NCBI RefSeq assembly: GCF_964204865.1
Contig: NC_135261.1
Location: forward strand, 6,262,001-6,326,000
Length of the DNA stretch: 64,000 nt
Direction of reading: 5' to 3'
Origin: Styela clava
Taxonomy: Eukaryota
Below, piece after piece: positions 59,601 to 64,000 of the stretch; position 1 is the stretch's first letter; each line of letters begins with the position of its first letter. The notes below the pieces were generated by a model. It saw only the letters and a program-made list of their open reading frames with translations. It was not told where the DNA came from and did no database searches. The position numbers were made by a program, and so were the translations under genes.

Positions 59601-62600
59601 AGAGTTACAATCCATCTACCATTTAAATGTACTTAATCAGGTAATATGCGTTGTTTACATCATATTTTACATCATTTTATTGCATAAAAACATGGCTAAT
59701 AAGTAATATTTTTCAAATACTTTTAGTGACTAGATAGAGACTATATAATGAACATCGCGAATAATTATATAGCTTTAAATACCGCGGGTGTTGCTAAAAG
59801 TCGTAAAAAGCAACAATAGTACTGCATGATGCCGTTTAAGTCAATCACGCGAAACTTCGTGAAATTGTGATTGACTTACTGCGCCACCAAGCTGAGTTTC
59901 AACTTTCAAAGTCGAATTGCAGAGGTTGCTACTGCTTAGTTAATTGTTGCATTTCTGTTGTAGCTTCATTAGAAGGGAATTGAGCAAAAATACCTCTTTC
60001 ATCCCTTCCATGAATGTTGATCCGGGCGATAAAACGTTTCTTCTTCTTTCTACTTTACTCCATTTGTTGTGCAATGACGAACGGAGAAAATCAAGATGTT
60101 TCATCTTTGATTGAATCGCAGAGGCAATTGGATCACTTCTATAAAACAAAAGTAGGTTAATAATTGAAATTATGACTATATAGACAGTACTCAGATTTTA
60201 TAAGAAATACGAATAAAATAGGATATATGTATATATATTATATACCCATATCAATAATCTTAGACAGTCATGATGAGACCGATTAAATTATTTTATTTTT
60301 ATATTTTTTTAATCTTATTGCAGTAACTTGACCCAATAATTATTGTGATCTCTATCTTTGCAGTCATATTTTGGTTTGTCTGAAAAAGTCAGACTGTGAT
60401 ACGGACCCGCAGAAGACGACCAGCATGAAGAAGCTGTTCATTATACAATATTCTAGTACCTTTAGTACTATGATATTATTTCTGGGTTTACTAACCTCTT
60501 GCCGCCTCCAACGTCTTTCAATATTGAATTCCCCATTTTCATCACGTGACTCATTTCGTCGTTGAGTGACATGTGTGCTTCACGAAGTGGCGTTATCCGC
60601 GACATGGTCGGAGACCCAAGTTGACCATTCGATGCCTTGGATGATGGATCTGTTCTAGCAGATTGAAATGCTAGATCTAAATCAGAGCCAAGTCGTGATG
60701 CTCGTTTGATAATCTGCAGAGAACATAACAGATTGCTGATAATGTTAGAATTATAGGTTTCTTAGTTTATTCACTTGCGATTAACTAGATAAAAATCAGA
60801 TGCAACATCAGCGAAATTAACCAAAATTTTTTTTAAATCAAATTTAATTGAAAAGGGGAAATTATGTTCAAAAGGATTGCTGGACTCTTGCCGTCGTAGG
60901 ATGGTTCATGTAACCATTGGTTCAACCATCAAGTTCTTGCATCTGATACAAATAACTGCTTAACTCATCCCATACCCGACATGGACTGCTAGCGGCTCTT
61001 CCCAAGATTAATATAAAAATCCTACCATTTCTTAATAACAAAGGTACTGCTTACTTTCTCACTGTTGTTATGAAACAAATGGGCCACCGCAAGTCGACTA
61101 TTCCTTTCTTCCCAAACTTGCATAAATTGATTCCACGCTTTTTCCAAAGTAGGCAGAACTGCACCATTAGCCCCCACAAGTTGACTACTGTATATGCAAA
61201 CAAACAAGTAGTTAGCTGTGTTCTGGGTTAATCTATAATACATGAGGGAATGCTCAAATATATGGAAACAACATTAATAGCGTCACATAATGACGCAATT
61301 TTGCAAAGTGGGTTGAACGTCACAAGAGCCCAGAAAATAATGGCAGAAATTCATATGAAAATACTTCCATCATTTAATTACTACATTTATTTAGAATATG
61401 TTTGAACAAGTAAGATAGGCAGACAATTTTGTTCAACAACAAACACACTTCAACAGATTTGATTGATATGAACTATTTTAATGACATGGCCGGATCTTGT
61501 ATATGTCGCGTATAAAAATATCAAGCCCACCAACTATTCGTTCGTTTCAATGAATTCGAAGGACTCTTAGGTGCGCCAGGTGACAAATCCAATGTTCTTC
61601 TAAGAACTGATATACAGGATAATTTTTTCTTCCCATTGTCATACGCTCGCTTTGCAGTGTTCTAAAACAGTATTTTTCATAAGCAGTTAACGTTTTTATA
61701 TACGAAGTGCAACCACTGTAGCTAATTTTCAGTTGTGATTTAGTTGCTCACTCGTAATCTCGCATTAAAAGTACACAAGAAATCAATCCATAGGTTTTTT
61801 TCAGAACTTTTACCATGATTATACAGCCATAATCTCTCACTAACAATTAGTTGGGGATTAAACCAATTTAAGCTTTAAAATATGGGGCTGAGATTCAAAA
61901 TAAGTGAATATTTAAACGCATTATTCTTTCACCTTTATCTCTTCGTGTTGCAAGCGAAGAATCTCAGTTTCTTTTGCGTTTACTCCGAGTGCGAAATGTT
62001 TGTGCCGAATATTTTCGGACATTTCACACATCCATTCAATTGTCTAAATAAGAATAATAAGCATTGAAAAAATGTCTATTTATACCAAAATTATAATTGT
62101 CCTTTTGTATATATAAATTGAGGTTGTTTTTACACCTCAGAGCTGTTTGGTATAACTGCTTCGCTATATAAAGTACATCGTGATTAGGTTTGTGATCCGT
62201 AGTTTCATATATGTGACACGCACAGTCATTTTGCAATCTGGGACAATTGACTCTTAACTTATAACGTTTTGAGTCAGAATTGAAAGTTAAACAGAATTCA
62301 TGAGAGAACTTATATCGAACGCAACATCTTCCGAACAACACCAAGAAAAATGGCAGCATGGTTTAGTGAAAGTATTTGTATTTAGGAAAGACAGAGTTCT
62401 TTTATTACCATAAACAGGTACACGATTATGAGAACCTGTGATGAACATAAAGTTAAAAAATGAACACTCAAAATTAAAATACTGCAAAAATTCGTATATT
62501 ATGTTGTGTTATAATATATATATGTTTCTGAATAGCCCTCACTCACTTTTTTTCAAACTTAAATAGAATTTTAGTGAATTGTTCGGATTCAATTTGAAAA

Positions 62601-63901
62601 ATTTATATACCTGTGAAGCATCGTGTTGTGAGTCTTTTAATTCAAGAACATGCTGGAATTGATTCTTATGAAACTCACAAGTATCTTCGCTCTGTTGAAT
62701 ACTTTCTCTCAATTTGTTCACGCTCCAATGAACATATCTGATTTCTCTCGAATAGTCGACATTGATTGCTGACCTATATCAATTGTTATGATAATAAATG
62801 AGAGATGTGGCAATATAAAGGAACGATTTATTCTAGGAAATATACGGGAATCTATGTAGGAATGTCACGTATGTTATTTACCTTCTAGATATGTATGGAT
62901 TGTCTTGTTCCCTTTTCATTAGGTCGGAAAACATTCGGGCTGATATGAAAAGTTTTTGCTGTTGTCGTTTAGTTTCCTGAATTAAAAAACGATTAAAATA
63001 TTTTCAAAGTATAAAATTATTGAATATCACCTACTACCATAAACAATTATATTCCTTTATTGAAAATGAGTCAAGGTTACTATATGCAATCGCATTATTC
63101 CATGTAATCAATTGAACTTATATAAATCTTATACCTGCATTTGTTGTTGCAGTTGATCTAGTAGCGAATGTATTCCATCTGTGGTGTCCAGTAAACTAGC
63201 TTCGTTAGTGCAAACTGTTGCAAGATTGCAGAGGCATTTGGAGACCTATTCAAATTTCAATTAAACAAAAGTAAGACCGATTAGTGTAATTTACATTCAT
63301 TTACTACGGAGTAGCGGTAACTGTAGTGGTTGGGTCTTGTCAGTTCAATATTATCAGCTCTTTTGGTACATTGTCGCATGTTTATCATATCACTCAGAAA
63401 GGTACTACAAAGTAATGTATACACATTGTACCTCATCTCGTGTTCTATAGAACGTTAAAGATCTCTCCAATAAATTTTTTCTTCTGATTATTTTTCCGTT
63501 AAATATTTTGCATGTTTCATCAACAGTTGCCAGGTTGTACTTCAGTTCACTCATCATCTAAAAAATGAATCAGATAATATATCATTACTTTTAACAATAT
63601 GACAAATCCTCTGCATAGGCATGTTTTTTTTTATGCTTTCAGTTGTTCAGACTGTTATTTCGTATTGTTATAGAAATATTGAGTAGCATTATTACAAAAT
63701 TAAAATACATATTTTGTTAGTTATCTCTTTCCCGGGCAAGCTCATATTAGTTTGTGAAATTAAAAATCTGTTTTATCAAAATTCACTCACAATTCGAATC
63801 GATTCTTTACGTTCCTGTTCGTAATTCGATTGGTGTCTCTCCATTGTTCGACGAAGTTTGTCGAATTGCAGTTTTAAGGTTGACATCGTAGTGAAGATAC
63901 T
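23..63901 (-). CDS. Giant multi-exon spectrin-repeat + Ig protein gene (SESTD1-like / CCDC141-like / titin N-terminus), partial at both ends; 59 phase-compatible exons, about 3,900 aa in the window
   Basis: Each exon was checked by hand for an AG acceptor, GT donor and phase continuity. The total of 11,722 nt is 3907 codons + 1 nt, ending in phase 1 at position 23. Exon lists are given in the module features. Whether all modules share one mRNA is not proven from DNA alone. Confidence 0.7.
878..1541 (-). CDS. Intronic ORF of about 221 codons; candidate alternative first coding exon spliced onto the second half of a titin Ig domain, or a nested gene
   Basis: 224-aa ORF in AT-rich intron. An in-frame TAA lies about 25 codons upstream of the ATG. 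The donor GAAG|GTAGAA at 878/877 is phase 1, matching the acceptor at 187. No recognisable domain. Confidence 0.5.
10311..10497. repeat. Recent 92-bp tandem duplication spanning a splice acceptor
   Basis: TCAGATGACGAGCTT[C/A]TCCACGACCCCTATCGAAAAAGTAA... starts at 10311 and at 10403. Confidence 0.9.
13225..13441. mobile_element. Palindromic MITE, subtype A (internal part in opposite orientation)
   Basis: GGTACTCCCGAAGTATGTGAACCAAGATGG ... CTTGGTTCACAT. A short derivative lies at 34838-34948 and a fragment at about 35185-35290. Confidence 0.75.
15375..15599 (-). CDS. Symmetric (phase 0/0) exon encoding two tandem IQ motifs
   Basis: AATKIQASFKGYKTRK and SATKIQAAYRGFRTRH fit IQxxxRGxxxR; 225-nt exon. 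Confidence 0.85.
16083..16197 (-). repeat. Coding 30-bp (10-aa) repeat x4
   Basis: TEIVTAISEQ SEFVTAISEK SESVAAISEQ SESVAARAEK inside exon 15995-16321. Confidence 0.8.
20919..21122. mobile_element. Tc1/mariner-like MITE
   Basis: GGGTGTCCATAAA / TTTATGGACACCCTG followed by TA. Same family at 29525-29730, with partial copies at about 9810-9965 (reverse) and 17430-17532. Confidence 0.75.
21268..23626 (-). CDS. TTN: Tandem I-set Ig domains equivalent to titin Z1-Z2
   Basis: PPRFTLPLKS..EGGTLRFEAVVTGFPIPAVTW..DAGIFTCHAINGAG..AEFVVKTKTVAPLFKQHL..TGLPAPRVKWYREG..EAYEEDTGRFTVTAANNAGKATSTAML, encoded by 4 exons. Confidence 0.9.
23030..23445. repeat. Tandem duplication, about 200-bp unit x2
   Basis: GTGCAGTAG.TTGCA..CATGGAATTGAAAAATGACAAAATAT..CATACTTCAAATA occurs twice. 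Confidence 0.85.
25151..25560 (-). promoter_or_regulatory. Candidate titin-specific internal promoter and non-coding first exon
   Basis: Strong donor AAG|GTAAGG at 25151/25150, with stops close upstream. It lies 1.5 kb upstream of the ATG-bearing Z1 exon. The flank is locally GC/CpG-richer, with TGACG and CANNTG motifs. Confidence 0.4.
25880..26330. repeat. Degenerate tandem repeat, about 145-bp unit x3
   Basis: TTTAC.GG.TT.A.A.TTA.G..ATAT..TATTTGATATA recurs at about 25900, 26041 and 26187. Confidence 0.7.
28300..28510. mobile_element. TTAGGG-containing element, subtype B
   Basis: Closely similar to 30367-30582; flanks GGATTT / GGGTTT. Confidence 0.75.
28945..29259. mobile_element. Degenerate hAT-type MITE; related fragments at about 7340-7510 and 19125-19290
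   Basis: Shares GCCAGTCTAGGTGGGCAA..GGCCC..CCAAAAACCTT with the 7450-7510 copy, and GCGGGCC subterminal motifs with the 19125-19290 copy. Confidence 0.55.
29525..29730. mobile_element. Tc1/mariner-like MITE (second copy)
   Basis: TA-GGGTGTCCATGAAGTC ... GACTTTATGGACACC; the internal sequence matches the 20919-21122 copy. Confidence 0.7.
29875..30119. mobile_element. Palindromic TTAGGG-containing MITE, subtype A
   Basis: Long inverted ends TACTCCCGAAGTATGTGAACCA..ACCGGAACGTAGTATGTGTACCAGGTTAGGGTTAGG / reverse complement. Confidence 0.8.
30163..35463 (-). CDS. Ser/Pro/Arg-rich disordered linker exons joining the spectrin block to titin Z1
   Basis: Exons 35348-35463, 34530-34774, 33897-34067, 31645-32798 (within the 425-aa ORF, repeated RSPSP), 30905-31054 and 30163-30269. 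The chain starts in phase 0 and ends in phase 2, matching the acceptor at 23657. Confidence 0.75.
30367..30582. mobile_element. TTAGGG-containing element, subtype B
   Basis: Shares the left arm with subtype A but has a different right arm (GAATATACCCC..ATAGGTTTCAGTCCC..TTCTGGAGCGCC); flanked by CATTTT direct repeats. Confidence 0.75.
33305..33610. mobile_element. hAT-type MITE
   Basis: Termini CAGTGGTT / AACCACTG; perfect 8-bp TSD ATTTAGAA. Confidence 0.85.
37564..37979. mobile_element. hAT-type MITE
   Basis: TIR CAGGGTGGTCCAA / TTGGACCACCCTG, perfect 8-bp TSD ATTTAGAC, subterminal GCGGGCC repeats. Confidence 0.9.
41505..41543 (-). CDS. Candidate alternative terminal exon EDRNSSTAFIQV*
   Basis: Acceptor ttttctaatag|GAA is in phase 0 with the donor at 42008. 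TAG stop follows GTG. Downstream is T-rich UTR-like sequence with AATAAA (minus strand) at 41145-41150. Confidence 0.45.
   Translation of the reverse strand, partial: EDRNSSTAFIQV
42008..43970 (-). CDS. Gln-rich coiled coil and Pro/Ser/Thr-rich tail following the CCDC141-like block
   Basis: Exons 43072-43970 (within ORF 43067-43996, contains PPPPPPPVP), 42516-42692 and 42008-42240; phases 2/1, 1/1, 1/0. Confidence 0.8.
44405..58314 (-). CDS. CCDC141: CCDC141-like spectrin/coiled-coil module
   Basis: Exons 58192-58314, 57327-57533, 57027-57230, 56411-56560, 55019-55138, 54760-54945, 54273-54430, 53566-53734, 52604-52726, 50741-50932, 49855-50044, 49270-49439, 48487-48645, 47542-47757, 46955-47173, 46651-46857, 46268-46396, 45639-45818, 45199-45266, 44405-44599. 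Peptides WIRIKLVECGPNTFDIG, YEAMAQSLADLW, LIDRRRQVE, CHWESEVKEVIEWF and DDLLDLWLTWQ match remembered human CCDC141 (WVQLQLAESQPNLLEIG, YDAMAETLGEAW, LQDRRRQLD, CQWDQQENQVTCWF, EELSLLRLAWQ). Confidence 0.85.
44821..45140 (-). mobile_element. tRNA-derived SINE relic interrupted by a MITE
   Basis: Minus strand has an A-box-like TAGCTTAGGTGG and a B-box GGTTCGAACC with tRNA-like spacing; no full cloverleaf. Confidence 0.45.
44847..45075. mobile_element. Palindromic TTAGGG-containing MITE, subtype A, inserted in a SINE
   Basis: Same family as 29875-30119; flanked by direct repeat CCATAA (44841-44846, 45076-45081). Confidence 0.8.
47282..47496. mobile_element. TTAGGG-containing element, subtype B
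   Basis: Closely similar to 30367-30582; flanks GAATTT / CAATTT. A right-arm fragment is also at about 14378-14478. Confidence 0.75.
47790..48360. repeat. Tandem repeat, about 195-bp unit x3
   Basis: TGTGGTTGGA.CGAATAA..TTTGAACGCCAT.TTGTGGCGAAAA..GCAACACTCGTACTACC recurs at about 47819, 48013 and 48211. Confidence 0.9.
53166..53460. repeat. Degenerate direct duplication, about 220-bp spacing
   Basis: AATGAATCTT..GTCTTTGACGTG.TGTCA.GTACA..CCTAG.CCAGA occurs twice. Confidence 0.6.
55295..56188 (+). mobile_element. Non-autonomous hAT (Charlie/Buster-type) DNA transposon with a transposase C-terminal remnant
   Basis: TIRs CAGTGGTTCTTAAA / TTTAAGAACCACTG and a perfect 8-bp TSD GATTATGA (55287-55294, 56189-56196). 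ORF 55763-56065 contains LLQFATRHLCERGYLALTVIKTK..DNLRIALS, resembling the hAT dimerisation motif. Confidence 0.9.
59994..63901 (-). CDS. SESTD1: SESTD1-like spectrin-repeat module (C-terminal half; the SEC14 part would lie upstream of the window)
   Basis: Exons 63791-63901, 63432-63557, 63135-63245, 62882-62976, 62611-62773, 61933-62043, 61531-61661, 61055-61187, 60496-60713, 59994-60138. Peptides TIEWMCEMSENIRHKHFALGVNAKETEIL, AYDNGKK, LPTLEKAWNQFMQVWEERNSRLAVAHLFHNNSEK and SDPIASAIQSKMKHLDFLR are colinear with remembered human SESTD1 (AVEWLSELL..LGDDAQETKVL, TYDYGRQ, LPRLNRVWKQF..EERVHRLEMAIAFHSNAEK, SDMASTAENIRDRMKL). Confidence 0.75.
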
Positions 63902-64000
63902 CTATAATAAGAAATATAGGTTATTCCAGGTTATTTCATAGATACACCAAATATTTTTTTTTTTTCATTTTTGAGCCTTAAAATATTAAACAATCAACTT

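Noticed and set aside
59937-59942. Programmed stop-codon read-through at TAA-CTA
   Set aside because: The established leaky context is UGA-CUAG; TAA-CTAA is weak and there is no other support.
62036-62487. ORFs 62036-62359 and 62287-62487 as extra exons
   Set aside because: The SESTD1-colinear peptide runs directly from exon 62611-62773 to exon 61933-62043, leaving no gap for them.

Overview
AT-rich animal genomic DNA with compact GT-AG introns, most likely an invertebrate chordate such as an ascidian (inferred from the vertebrate-like titin sequence and the intron style). The whole window lies inside one minus-strand locus that is open at both ends. I traced 59 exons by hand from 63901 down to 23. 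All have GT-AG boundaries and compatible phases, giving 11,722 nt (about 3,900 aa) with no stop codon. The spliced protein reads N to C as follows: the C-terminal spectrin half of a SESTD1-like protein, a CCDC141-like spectrin/coiled-coil block, a Ser/Pro-rich linker, then the Z-disc N-terminus of titin/connectin (Z1/Z2 Ig, SPSP region, two IQ motifs where vertebrates have Z-repeats, further Ig domains). In vertebrates SESTD1, CCDC141 and TTN are three adjacent co-oriented genes; here they can be spliced into one ORF. Candidate stop, poly(A) and first-exon switches sit at the module boundaries. Introns hold hAT and Tc1-like MITEs, a palindromic TTAGGG-containing element family, a SINE relic and tandem duplications. 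All homology calls rest on remembered human sequences and need confirming by alignment.
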